Source of the DNA: Methanobacteriota archaeon
GTDB taxonomy: Archaea > Thermoplasmatota > E2 > DHVEG-1
Direction: 5' to 3'
Assembly: GCA_963769885.1 (NCBI GenBank)
Contig: CAVYNH010000007.1
Span: forward strand, 320,001 to 384,000
DNA length: 64,000 bases
In this document: positions 1-10,600 of the stretch, in pieces
Numbering within the stretch: the first letter of the stretch is position 1
How the letters are laid out: each line of letters opens with the position of its first letter
Position numbers and translations under genes: made by a program
The notes under the pieces: model-generated
What the model was told of the DNA's origin: nothing
What the model saw: the letters and a program-made list of their open reading frames with translations, nothing else
The model's database searches: none

Positions 1-500
1 CGGCGAACAACACCACCTTCATCCAAGGACCAAACACCAATGACATGCGCAAATTCCGCAACGGCGACCGCCTCCCCATCTGCGTCGTTAGCGGCTGCCA
101 CAACTGCCAGTTCGACGTCTGCCTCCGCCGCGGCCTGAACGCGACCCTCCGCTGGCGACAGGAATACATCCCCGAATGCTGGGGCGAACGCTCCCTCTCC
201 ACCCGCAACGACGGCATGGTCGGCACCATCGGCGTCACCGGCCTCGGCTATACCAAAGAAGACAAACACTCCTTTAAAGGCGGCATCAACGAACTCGAAG
301 TCGCCTTCTTCACCGCCTACGGCCACAACCACAGCCTCCGCCTCGGCGACGCCTGGGCCGCAGCCGTCACCTGGTATACTCACACTTACCCCGTCGACCC
401 CGCCTCCCCCGGCGGCACCGACACCTGGATCGACTCCAAAGTCGCCAGCTCCTGGATCCTCCTCGGCGACCCCAGCCTCCAACCCGGCGGATACCCCTAA
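1..500 (+). CDS. C25 (gingipain-like) cysteine peptidase, C-terminal part, truncated by the window edge
   Basis: Frame is open from base 3; LPICVVSGCHNCQFD catalytic-Cys context, CWGE, and terminal WILLGDPSL typical of C25. Confidence 0.75.
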   Translation, partial: ANNTTFIQGPNTNDMRKFRNGDRLPICVVSGCHNCQFDVCLRRGLNATLRWRQEYIPECWGERSLSTRNDGMVGTIGVTGLGYTKEDKHSFKGGINELEVAFFTAYGHNHSLRLGDAWAAAVTWYTHTYPVDPASPGGTDTWIDSKVASSWILLGDPSLQPGGYP

Positions 501-566
501 AGAACCACGACCGCCTCTCCTGGCCTACGGATAGATTTAAAAAAGGAGACCTTCTTACTGTCTGCC

Positions 567-782
567 ATGACGCTTCCACTCGACGTCCTGGAGAAATCGG
601 TGAACCAAAAAGTCAGCCTCCTCCTCAAGGACGGCCGCCACATCGAAGGCAAGCTCCTCGGCTTCGACGAATACATGAACCTCGTCCTCGACGAAGTGGA
701 AGAATCCAAAGACGACACCAAAAAACGCCTCGGCCGCATCATCCTACGCGGCAGCAACGTCGTCAGCGTATCCTTTATATAG
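567..782 (+). CDS. lsm: Sm-like (Lsm/SmAP) protein
   Basis: Sm1 motif G.L.GFDEYMNLVL and Sm2 motif IILRGSNV; 71 aa. Confidence 0.95.
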   Translation: MTLPLDVLEKSVNQKVSLLLKDGRHIEGKLLGFDEYMNLVLDEVEESKDDTKKRLGRIILRGSNVVSVSFI

Positions 783-973
783 CCCGTCCCTTCCGAAAAA
801 AATATAAAGGGGTATCGCTTATTTACTCGTGGAAGGAATTGGGCTGGTAGTTGTTGTTTTGTTAGAGTGCATCCCATCCCCTCCTAGTGAGGCCAGCCGT
901 CCTTCCCTTTTTCATACCATCCGTCTACAAACTTTTTAACACCACACACCATTTCTCTCCCACGACCTGACCT

Positions 974-2641
974 ATGCCCCGGACCATCACCGCCCAACGC
1001 GGCACCACCCTGCGCTGCCACAGCTGGAAACAAGAAGCAATCCTGCGCATGCTCGAAAACAACCTCGAAAACGCAGAACTCCCCGACGATCTCATCGTCT
1101 ACGGCGGCACCGGCAAAGCCGCACGCACCTGGGACTGCTACGACGCTCTCGTCACTACACTCCAAAACCTCGCCGACGACGAAACCATGCTCGTCCAATC
1201 AGGAAAACCCGTCGCCGTCTTCAAAACCTGGCCCACCGCCCCCCGCGTCCTCATCGCCAACGCCAACCTCGTCCCCCACTGGAGCGACTGGGACCACTTC
1301 CGCCAATACGAAGCCCTAGGCCTCACCATGTACGGCCAAATGACCGCCGGCTCCTGGTGCTACATCGGCACCCAAGGCATCATCCAAGGCACCTACGAGA
1401 CCTTCGCCGCCTGCGGCCAAAAACACTTCCACAGCGACCTCTCCGGCCGCATCGTCCTGACCGGCGGTCTCGGCGGTATGGGCGGCGCCCAACCCCTCGC
1501 CGTGACCATGAACCACGGCGTCTGCCTCGCCGTCGAATGCGACGAACACCGCATCGACCGCCGCATCAACGACGGCTTCTGCGACCGAAAAACCACGGAA
1601 ATTGCCGAGGCCGTCGACCTCGTCCAACAAGCCGCAGCGGACCACAAATCCCTTTCTATCGGCCTGCTCGGTAACTGTGCCGATGTCCTCCCACAACTCG
1701 TCAAAGAAGGATTCCATCCTGACATCGTCACAGACCAGACCTCCGCCCATGACGAGCTCAACGGATACGTCCCAGTAGGATTCGCCGGCAAGACGCTTCC
1801 TGAAGCGATGAAGCTTCGAAAGACGAACCCTGAGGAGTACATCGCTCGGTCCCTGCAAAGCATGAAGCAACACTGCAAAGCCATGCTTGATTTCAAAAAG
1901 AAAGGCTCAATCGTCTTCGATTACGGCAACAACCTCCGCGGCCAGGCTCAACGAGCGGGCCTGAAAACCGCGTTCTCATACCCCGGCTTCGTCGCCGAAT
2001 ACATCCGACCCTTGTTCTGTGTCGGCCGCGGCCCCTTTCGATGGATCGCGGTCACAGGGAACCCGGATGATATCAAGAAGACTGACGCCCTTGTCCTTGA
2101 CATGTTCCCAGAGAACTCAGTGCTCGTGAACTGGATCCGCCTCGCACAAAAGCATATCCCCTGGCAGGGGCTGCCGGCAAGGGTCTGCTGGCTCGGCTAT
2201 GGCGAACGGAAGAAGTTCGCACTCGCCATCAACGCGTTAGTTAGGGCTGGCGAAATCGGACCGATAGCCATCACCCGGGACCATCTGGACACCGGCAGCG
2301 TCGCCTCCCCCTACCGAGAGACCGAGGGGATGCGGGATGGTAGCGATGCAATTGCGGACTGGCCACTTCTCAATGCGCTGGTGAACTGCGCCGCGGGCGC
2401 GGATAGCGTCCATATCCACAACGGCGGCGGGGTCGGCATTGGTTTATCCACCCATGCCGGGATGGTGGTCGTCTGCGACGGCTCTGCCCAGACGGATGAG
2501 CGGATCGCCCGGGTGTTCACCACTGACCCGGGGATCGGGGTGGTTCGTCACGCCGATGCAGGGTACCCAGAGGCCCTTGACATGGTTGCTCGTTCTGATC
2601 TGAATCTGCCCATGCTTGCATGCCGGAAGAAAGAGAAATAG
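974..2641 (+). CDS. hutU: urocanate hydratase
   Basis: [61 protein letters not shown]. Confidence 0.97.
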   Translation: MPRTITAQRGTTLRCHSWKQEAILRMLENNLENAELPDDLIVYGGTGKAARTWDCYDALVTTLQNLADDETMLVQSGKPVAVFKTWPTAPRVLIANANLVPHWSDWDHFRQYEALGLTMYGQMTAGSWCYIGTQGIIQGTYETFAACGQKHFHSDLSGRIVLTGGLGGMGGAQPLAVTMNHGVCLAVECDEHRIDRRINDGFCDRKTTEIAEAVDLVQQAAADHKSLSIGLLGNCADVLPQLVKEGFHPDIVTDQTSAHDELNGYVPVGFAGKTLPEAMKLRKTNPEEYIARSLQSMKQHCKAMLDFKKKGSIVFDYGNNLRGQAQRAGLKTAFSYPGFVAEYIRPLFCVGRGPFRWIAVTGNPDDIKKTDALVLDMFPENSVLVNWIRLAQKHIPWQGLPARVCWLGYGERKKFALAINALVRAGEIGPIAITRDHLDTGSVASPYRETEGMRDGSDAIADWPLLNALVNCAAGADSVHIHNGGGVGIGLSTHAGMVVVCDGSAQTDERIARVFTTDPGIGVVRHADAGYPEALDMVARSDLNLPMLACRKKEK

Positions 2642-2818
2642 AATCGCATTCATCGCTTTTTTCGTAGAGAAATCGAAAGAAATAAATACAAGCAATGACA
2701 AATAATAACATGGGTAGGAATGATGACCGCTCAACTATTGCTTACGTACACCTCGGGACGCCTCTATAATCTGGGTCTTTTTGCACTGTACGTCTATACC
2801 TACGTGCCTTTCTGAGTT

Positions 2819-4342
2819 CTACCCAAGGGTCCCAGTGACGCCTTCGACCTCTCGGAGTATTTCCCCGGATTTTACCAACGCCTTCATCACGGTGTGATCA
2901 GGGTAGAGAGGCCGGTCCTCATCGAGGAATCGAACGTGTTTGCGGATGACTTCCTTTGCCTTGGCTACGCCGGCTCCGACGTGGTAGTCCCGGAAATCCA
3001 GCGCCTGCGCGGCCGCCATGAATTCGATGCCGAGGATGCCGTAGGCGTTATCTAAGATTTGCATATTCTTGATTGCGGTGTTCATCCCCATAGAAACAAA
3101 GTCTTCCTGGTCTGCGGCAGCGGGGATGGATTGAATTGAAGCGGGGGCTGACAGGATGCGTTGCTCGACGATGAGATGGTCCGCGGTGTACTGACTAAGC
3201 ATCATCCCAGAGAACATGCCTGCTCCTTTGGTGAGGAAGGCGGGAAGCCCGGCGCTGAGCGCAGGGTTGTTCAAACGGTTCATCCGCCGCTCAGAGAGGA
3301 CGCAGATCATGGTAACGGCGGTGCCGGCCATGTCCATGGGCAGAGAGACGGGGGACCCTTGGAAGTTCGCCCCGGAGAGCTGCAGGTTTTCCTTGGGGAA
3401 GAAGATGGGGTTGTCACCGACGCCGTTGAGTTCGGTTTCGACTTGGGACCTGGCGTAGGCCAAGGCGTCGTGGGCGGCGCCGATGACCTGGGGGGTGGAT
3501 CGCATGGAATAGGCGTCCTGGATCTTGCATTTGATCTTACCTTCGATGAGGTCGCCGCCTTTGATGCATTGTTGGATGGCCTTGGCGCTGCGGACGGCGC
3601 CGGGGAACCCGCGTACCTCATGAATCTTGATGTTGTAGGGTTTCATGTTCGCCTTGAGGGCTTCAAGGGACATGGCTGCGGCGATCTCCGCTTGTTTGAG
3701 GAACTGGTTGGCATCGTGGCAGAAGATGGCGCTCATGGCGGTGAGCATGTTGGAGCCGTTGATGATGGCGAGGCCGTCTCTGGCTTCGAGCCCTGGGGGC
3801 GCGATGCCGGCTTTTTTCAGGGCGTCTCTGCCGTTGAGCAGCTCGCCTTTGTAGTAGGCTTCTCCTTCTCCGAGCATGAGGAGGGCGATTTGTGACATAG
3901 GGGCGAGGTCGCCGCAGGCGCCGACGGATCCTTTTTGGCAGACATAGGGGGTAACGTCTTTGTTGAGCATGTCGACGAGCGTCTGGGTGATTTCGGGGCG
4001 GCATCCGGAGTTGCCGTGGGCGTGGACGTTGATTCTGGCCAGCATGGCGCCCCGGACGTACTCCAGGGGTGCTGGGTCGCCGATGCCGGCCGCATGGTTG
4101 TAGATGAGGTAGCGTTGGAAGTCTTTGATTTGTTCGTCGTTGAGGACGACCTCGGAGAATTCTCCGATGCCAGTGTTGACGCCGTACATGATTTCGTGGG
4201 CGGTGATTTTTTTTAGCAGCATTTCTCGGCAGGTGATGAGGCGTTGCATGACTTCTTTGGGGAGGCTGACGGGTTCGTGGTGGCGCGCGACTTGTACGAG
4301 TTTGTTGACGGTCAGTCCTGATCCGGTGATGGGTAGTGTCAT
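2819..4342 (-). CDS. hutH: histidine ammonia-lyase / aromatic amino acid lyase (MIO family)
   Basis: YGVNTGIG, NHAAGIG, GSVGACGDLAP, QDAYSMR, DNP, NF.G, QEDFVSMG; start re-set to ATG 4342 (MTLPITGSG); next to hutU. Confidence 0.88.
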   Translation of the reverse strand: MTLPITGSGLTVNKLVQVARHHEPVSLPKEVMQRLITCREMLLKKITAHEIMYGVNTGIGEFSEVVLNDEQIKDFQRYLIYNHAAGIGDPAPLEYVRGAMLARINVHAHGNSGCRPEITQTLVDMLNKDVTPYVCQKGSVGACGDLAPMSQIALLMLGEGEAYYKGELLNGRDALKKAGIAPPGLEARDGLAIINGSNMLTAMSAIFCHDANQFLKQAEIAAAMSLEALKANMKPYNIKIHEVRGFPGAVRSAKAIQQCIKGGDLIEGKIKCKIQDAYSMRSTPQVIGAAHDALAYARSQVETELNGVGDNPIFFPKENLQLSGANFQGSPVSLPMDMAGTAVTMICVLSERRMNRLNNPALSAGLPAFLTKGAGMFSGMMLSQYTADHLIVEQRILSAPASIQSIPAAADQEDFVSMGMNTAIKNMQILDNAYGILGIEFMAAAQALDFRDYHVGAGVAKAKEVIRKHVRFLDEDRPLYPDHTVMKALVKSGEILREVEGVTGTLG

Positions 4343-4448
4343 TTCAGATCCCCGCCGAGGTTTTTCTTCGCCTGGCAGAATGTGTAAGGACCTGGTGTTT
4401 TTAAAGTATTCTTCCAGAGAAAAAAGCGGGGTGTGGTTTGGGTTGGGG

Positions 4449-5765
4449 TTAGGTCGGCGTGAGGGTGAGGAGGAATGGTCCGAGTTCGTAGGCGGAGGCG
4501 GTTCGTTGTGTCCCGGTGTGGTTTTCTTCGGTGGCGGTGATGGTGATGTCGACGGGTCCGATGCCGATGGAGACGAGTCGATGCTGGAGAAAATCTCCGG
4601 GGATGAGGCTGTCGGGTGCCGTCCAGGTGTGGGTCTTGGGGTGGAGGTGGAAGTAGCCGGCGGAGATGTCGATGGTGAGGTTGACGTGTTGTGCGGGGGC
4701 ATCGCCGGTGTTGGTGACGGTCGCGGTGCAGCCGAGTCCGCCGGTGATAGTGGTGATGGTGAGGATGGGGCGGGTCTGGTTGGCGAGTTCGGCGAGGGTG
4801 GCGAGGATGAGGCGGGAGAAGTGGGCGGCATAGGTGAGGTTCATGTGGGCGATGGTGTCGTTTGCGGAGTGGTAGTAGGCGTTGAATTTGAATTCGTGGT
4901 AGAAGACGGCTTGGTAGCCGTAGTCCCAGAAGGAGTTGTGGTCGCTGCCCCAGATGTAACCCATGTGGATGATGGTGAGGTTGATGGCGGGGTGGTAGAT
5001 GGTGCTGATGGTGTCTGTGTAGTTGCAGATCCATTCGGAGGCGTTGTCGTAGAAGACTTTGGCGGTGTGGGCGTCTTCGGTGGTTTCGGCGTAGGCGATC
5101 ATGTCGGCGTTGAGGACGGCGATGATGCTGAGGCCTTGTTCTGCGGCTTCTTGGGCGTAGTAGTGGCTGCCGATGAGGCCTTGTTCTTCGCCGGAGAAGG
5201 CGACGAAGCGGATGGTGTGGGTGAAGTGGGAGTCTTTGAGGAGGTGGGCGGCGGCGAGGACGGCGGCGACGCCGGAGCCGTCGTCGTCTGCTCCTGGGCC
5301 TTGGGGGACGCAGTCGTAGTGGCCGCAGATGATGAGGACGGGGCTGCTGGTGGTGCCGGGGAGGGTGGCTTCGATGTTGCTGGCGTTGAGGGCGCCGTCG
5401 GTCCAGTTGTGGTAGCGGACGGGGAGGCCGAAGGAGGCGAAGGTGGTGTAGAGGTAGTGGGAGGCGTTGTCGCAGGCGGGTGTGCCGGTGACGCGGGGGC
5501 CGAAGCTGGTGAGGTTTTCTTCGAAGCCGAGGATGAGGCTTTCATTGAGGGCAAGGAGGAGGTTGGTAATGTTGGGATCGGGGCTGGCTGGGGCTGGGGT
5601 GGTGAGGGGGGTGCGGTGTGGGGCGGGGCTGGGTCTGGGGTAGGGGAGGAGGCTGGGGTGGTGGGCGGCCCAGGGGGTGGGTGTCGGGCCTGCGGACGCG
5701 GCGGGGATTAGGAAGATGGTGGTGAGAAGGATGGCGAGGGCTAAGGAGAGTGTGTGGTTCATCAT
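4449..5765 (-). CDS. secreted M28 family zinc aminopeptidase with C-terminal Ig/CARDB-like domain
   Basis: Signal peptide; GHYD, GADDDGSG, GEEQGL.GS, NADMI, SDH.SF, YHSAND; start at MMNHTLS. Confidence 0.9.
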   Translation of the reverse strand: MMNHTLSLALAILLTTIFLIPAASAGPTPTPWAAHHPSLLPYPRPSPAPHRTPLTTPAPASPDPNITNLLLALNESLILGFEENLTSFGPRVTGTPACDNASHYLYTTFASFGLPVRYHNWTDGALNASNIEATLPGTTSSPVLIICGHYDCVPQGPGADDDGSGVAAVLAAAHLLKDSHFTHTIRFVAFSGEEQGLIGSHYYAQEAAEQGLSIIAVLNADMIAYAETTEDAHTAKVFYDNASEWICNYTDTISTIYHPAINLTIIHMGYIWGSDHNSFWDYGYQAVFYHEFKFNAYYHSANDTIAHMNLTYAAHFSRLILATLAELANQTRPILTITTITGGLGCTATVTNTGDAPAQHVNLTIDISAGYFHLHPKTHTWTAPDSLIPGDFLQHRLVSIGIGPVDITITATEENHTGTQRTASAYELGPFLLTLTPT

Positions 5766-5887
5766 GGTGGTCTTCCCCCATATGTGGCTCTGGGATGGTT
5801 TGTTGGGTGGTTTAGGAGTGGGTTTGTGGCTTATTATACTTTTCTTTATAAGGGCGGAGAACGAAAAAAGGGAGGTGGGTTGTGGTT

Positions 5888-7417
5888 TTAGGAGACTGAT
5901 CCGCCTTTCCAGAGGTTGTCTTTCATGGGTCTGCCGGTTTTTTTCTCCCAGTCTTTGATGGGGATGCTGTGTTTTTCTCTGATGCGGTCGCCGTAGCCAA
6001 GGCCATTGTAGCTGCAGAAGGGGATGATGCCTTCTTGGGTGGTGTAGTGGATGCAGCAGCGTTGGAGGCGGTCGATGTTGAGGTTGAAGGAGTCCATGAA
6101 CCACATGCTGCCGACGAAGAGGCTTTTGTAGTGGAAGCCGCGGAGGCTGTCGTAGCTGCCGCCGACGGCGGCGTCGAGAAGGATTTTTTTGAGGTCGAAG
6201 CCTTGGGGGGCTTTGGTCTTGTCGACGAACTTGTCGATGTTGCGCAGGAAGGAGGCGCCGACCCGGATTTTTTTCAGTGGTCCGGTGACTTTGCTTTGCT
6301 CGTGGATGAAGGCGATGAATTTTTCGACGTCGATGAAGCGAGTGATGGGGAGGATTTTGCCGTTTTCGTAGAAGAGGTAGGTGGCGCCGCCGCAGCCGGG
6401 GTGGGCGGTGAACTCGACTTGTTTTTCGCCTTTGAGGGTTTCGATGAGTTCGCTGACGGGGTAGACGAAGGGGACGGGGTAGAAGTCGTCTCGGGTGACG
6501 TCGCCGTGGAATTCCTTTTCGATTTCTTCCATCATCCTGACGTAGTCGACGCGTTGTTTTTCGCGGGTCTCGTCTTTGATTTTGGTGATGCGGCCGCAGA
6601 AACTGATGGGCTGGAAGTTGACGCCGCGGATGATGTCGATGTTGTCCAAGGCGAATCTAATGATTTTGCCGGTCTCGTGGATGTTTTTGCCGCCGATGAG
6701 GACGGGGACGAGGACGGCTTTGAGGTTGACTTCTCTGAGGTTCTTGATGGCCTGGTGGAGCTGGTCTATCCAGGGGTTGGTCTCTTTGGTGACGCCGTCG
6801 AAGCTGAGGTAGACGGTGTTGACTTTGGCTTCTTTGAGCCGGCGGCAGTAGTCGACGCTGTCCGCGAGTTTGATGCCGTTGGTGTTCAACTGAATGTGGG
6901 AGAAGCCCATGTCGCGGGCGGTTTTGATGATGTCGAGGAGGTCTTCCCTGATGGTGGGCTCGCCGCCGGTGATCTGGATGGCCTTAGAGCCGACGGGTTT
7001 CTCATCCCGGGCTTGTTTGAGGAGGGTCTTGATCTCGTCGAGGGTCGGCTCGTGGACGTAGCCGGCGGCGCCGGCGTTCATGAAGCAGTAGCCGCAGCGC
7101 AGGTTGCAGCGGTTGGTGACGAGCAGGTTGGTCAGGACGCTCTGGGAGCGGTGCTCGGGGTAGAGTGGGGCGTCGCCGAACAGGGTGGTCTTGACGTCGG
7201 GGGAGGGGTCGCCGAGCTGGGCGTACTTCATCCAGCGGGTGTAGAGGTTGACGTCGCCGAAGTAGATGTCTTTGAAGGACCCGTGGTCTTTGCAGGTCTT
7301 GGTGATCCAGACGCGGCCGTTCTCCTCTGCGATGGTCGCCTCGATTTTGGTGATTTTTCCTTCTTGGAAGCAGGCGGGGCAGACGGAGGCGGTCTTCTCG
7401 AGTTCTCTCATACTCAT
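5888..7417 (-). CDS. tes: tetraether lipid synthase (Tes/GDGT-MAS, MJ0619-like) radical SAM enzyme
   Basis: N-terminal CPAC...C..HG metal site, CNLRCGYC radical SAM motif, HPGCG, C-terminal RCCIHY...IIPFC; GGAGG upstream of ATG 7417. Confidence 0.8.
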   Translation of the reverse strand: MSMRELEKTASVCPACFQEGKITKIEATIAEENGRVWITKTCKDHGSFKDIYFGDVNLYTRWMKYAQLGDPSPDVKTTLFGDAPLYPEHRSQSVLTNLLVTNRCNLRCGYCFMNAGAAGYVHEPTLDEIKTLLKQARDEKPVGSKAIQITGGEPTIREDLLDIIKTARDMGFSHIQLNTNGIKLADSVDYCRRLKEAKVNTVYLSFDGVTKETNPWIDQLHQAIKNLREVNLKAVLVPVLIGGKNIHETGKIIRFALDNIDIIRGVNFQPISFCGRITKIKDETREKQRVDYVRMMEEIEKEFHGDVTRDDFYPVPFVYPVSELIETLKGEKQVEFTAHPGCGGATYLFYENGKILPITRFIDVEKFIAFIHEQSKVTGPLKKIRVGASFLRNIDKFVDKTKAPQGFDLKKILLDAAVGGSYDSLRGFHYKSLFVGSMWFMDSFNLNIDRLQRCCIHYTTQEGIIPFCSYNGLGYGDRIREKHSIPIKDWEKKTGRPMKDNLWKGGSVS

Positions 7418-7643
7418 TGACAACCTCCTTGGGTATCCAAGGGTTAATGTTTTTTTCCTTATATATTCTTGTTTTTTCGGAGGGGTCCTTATCTGGTACG
7501 GAATCTGCGGAGGCCTGTCCGATGCACCTCACAGGGTCATGCAATCCGGTATCGTAATTTGTCCTTAGATATCCTTCAATGCTCTAAGAGGGTGTGAGGT
7601 GATGATTAAAGAGAAAAGAGAGGAGAGATTGTTTTGCTCTCCT

Positions 7644-10600
7644 TTACTTTTGTTTTCCTTTCTCATGGGCTGGATATTCATACCCAAGAGGCTTCTGCCT
7701 CTTCCCTCGTCTCATGAGCAGGACGATGGCGGCTATTACGATTATGGCGATGATCACGAGGCCGATGCCCCAGAGTGGGGCGTTTGCTCCACCGAAGATC
7801 GAGGGGGAGTAGGGGCTGAAGGTGCCGTTCACGGGGTCATAGACCGTGTCCCAGATACCGTCGCCGTTCGTGTCGATGAGGTAGGTTCCGTCCGCCTGCT
7901 GGGAGACGTGGGTTGTGCGTCCGGTCGTGCTGTTGTAATAGATGTCGAAGACGCCGTCGCCGTTCAGGTCGACGAGCGAACCGCCGGGGACAGTAACCGC
8001 GCCGATAACCATGACCTTCTTCGCAGTCCCGGAGGATGCTCCATAGGCGTCCTTGGCATAGACGCTGATGTTATAGACGCCAGGGCTCGTCCAGGCGTGC
8101 GACGCCGCGTACGCGACCCCGCTAGTCAGCAGCGTGGAGGTCGTGGTCGTTGCATCGCCCCAGTCGATGAAGTACTGGACGTCGTCATTGTTGGGGTCGG
8201 TCGAGGTGAAGCTATAGTCGTAGGAGACGAGGCTGTCGCCCGAAGTTGGCCCGCTAATCACCGGTGTGCTGGGGGCCGCGTTACCCGTAGTCGTAATCGT
8301 CGCCGTCGTTGAATCCACTCCCTCGTAATAGTCGTTGTCGTAGACGCGCAATGTTACCGCGTATGTTCCAGGGCTCGTGTAGGTGTGCGTTGGGTGCGCC
8401 CCGAGGTCGTGCCAGGTGTCGTTGGTGAAGAACCTCCACTCGTATTTGATGATGGTGTAGTTCTGCTTGTTGGCATGACTCCCGCTGCCGTCGAAGGTAA
8501 CCGCCGAGTCAACGAGACCATAGTAAGGTCCGCCTGCATCAGCCGTTGGGAGGAAGTGATCACTTTGTGGATTTGTCGGCGGCGATGGAGGCACTTCTCC
8601 TATCCCTGTGGTAAATGACCATATGGGCCCTGCGGTCGACAACAACCCGGGGTTATCAAAGGCGACGATCTTCCAGTAATAGACCGTGTGAGCGCTCAAT
8701 GTCCCTGGAGTGTAGGTTGTCGGCGACTGCTTGTTCGCGACCTTCGGCGGCGAGCTTGAGGTTCCGAAGTACACATCGTAGGTAACAGGGTCATCATTCG
8801 GATCCCCACCGGTCCAGCTGAGGACCGGGGTCACCCCGTCGATGGTCGAACCGTTTGCAGGGCTTGGGTCACTCGGGGGATACGGTGCAGCATTCACCGG
8901 CACCATCAAGGGGTAAAAATCTTTGTTGGGCGTAGCGTTCCCAGAGATATTGTACGGGATATCGCCGATACCGTCGCTTCCCTCGATGTCCTGATCGGGT
9001 CCGCTATAGTTATCAGGCCCGGTGTAATCAGACCAGTAGTTCCCACCCGTTGGATAGGTGAAGTTCCATTTGCTGCTATTCATGTTATCGTAGGCTTGAT
9101 GAATGTTGTACATGAAGTCGTTGTAGTAGATGGTATTGTCGGAAGAGTTCGTGAGCATTATGCCGTATTCCAGCGAATCGCGAACAACGTTGTAGACGAT
9201 CGTGTTGTTGCTCGAATTCGTCAGATTGACTCCGTAGATACATTCCAGCAGCGTGTTGTTACTCATCATCGAGTTGTTTAACCAGCCAGCGAAGAGCCCC
9301 ATCCAACAGTTTTCAAAGAAGTTCTTGCTGATGAGGAAGGTGCCCATTTCGAAGGTTGCATCATCATAGCAATCGGCACCAAACCCGCTGCCGTTGACCC
9401 ATAGGCCGAACCCGTCGTTGCTCACGAGGTGGTTGTTATTGAATTCGATGTTACCCATTACCATGGACGCGTTGTCATGCATGCTGTGGCTGATCTCCAA
9501 GTCTTCATAATCATTGAACCAGATGCCAGCGGCATCGCTCGAGATATCGTTGCCGCTCACGCTGAAGTTACCTATGGTCAGCGATGAGAAGTCGTACAGC
9601 CAACTGCCGATCCGAATCTGGTCGAAGTAGATCCCGTCCTCGTAGCTCGAAATGTGGTTATTGGTGATGAGGATGTCTCCGTAGGAGGCCGTGGCGTTGT
9701 CGCCCATGCCCTGTCCGATACCCTTGATGTATTCGAAGTCGATGCCGTCCCATTTCGAGTTGATGGTGTTGTCACTGAATTCGATGTTGCCCATAGTGTA
9801 GTTGGAGTTCCCGTGGAGCTTGTCCCCGAGTTTATCAATATAGTTGACATAGATACCGCAGTATTCGCCGTATCCGCTCGTAATGGTGTTGTGGTTCACG
9901 AGGATATCTCCCATCAGATAGGTGGCGTTGTCATCCATCTTTTTCCCTAAGGAGGAGAAATCATCGAGATACATACCCTTCTCGAGGCTCCAGATGGTGT
10001 TCGAGCAGATTTCAATGTTGCCCCAGACCATGGAGGAGTTGTCGTAAAGGCCTTTACCGATATCGTAGATATCTTCGTACAATCCGTCACTGGTCCAGGA
10101 GGAGATGGCGTTATTGTTCAGCTGGATGCTGCCCATCGTGAAGGTCGCGTTGTCGTACAGATCGTGGCCGAACTTGTAGATTTGGTCGATGTATAGGCCA
10201 TCGTCCCCACTCATGATTGTGTTGTGGTTGAAGGTGATGTTCCCCATGGCGAAGGCGCTCTGTTCGGAGAGGTCCTCCCCGAAGCGCTCCATGAACGTGT
10301 CGATACCACAGCTGTACGCCATAATCTGGTTGTAATTGAATTGGACATCATTCATGGTGAAGGTCGCGTTGTTCTCCATGTCATGGCCGAAGTATTTCAA
10401 GTATTCAAGGTTGATACCGTCGTCCCAGGTGCTGTTAATCGTGTTGCTGTTGAAGGTAATCTTGCCCATGGTGAAAGAGGCGTTGTTGTAGAGGTCGTAT
10501 CCGAATTTCTTTATTTTGTCGATGTTGATGCCTTCAAGGTAGCTCTTGATCACATTGGTGTTGAACTGGACGTCTCCTATTTTGCAGGTGGATGTCCCGT

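Noticed and set aside
2720-2815. ATGATGA...CTGA as a box C/D sRNA
   Set aside because: Spacing ~95 nt with no internal D'/C' boxes or terminal stem; same problem for ATGATGA at 28840
4343-4831. Pro/Ser-rich N-terminal extension of HutH in the ORF track (also extensions on M28, map, dys, MEMO1, arcC)
   Set aside because: Overlap upstream genes or promoters; family homology begins at the downstream Met
4125-7420. Long + strand ORFs (4125-5711, 5969-7420) and similar G/V/D/E-rich or P/T/S-rich ORFs elsewhere (e.g. 31006-32004, 38976-39902, 50706-51602)
   Set aside because: Antisense or alternate-frame shadows of real genes, caused by the extreme strand skew suppressing stop codons
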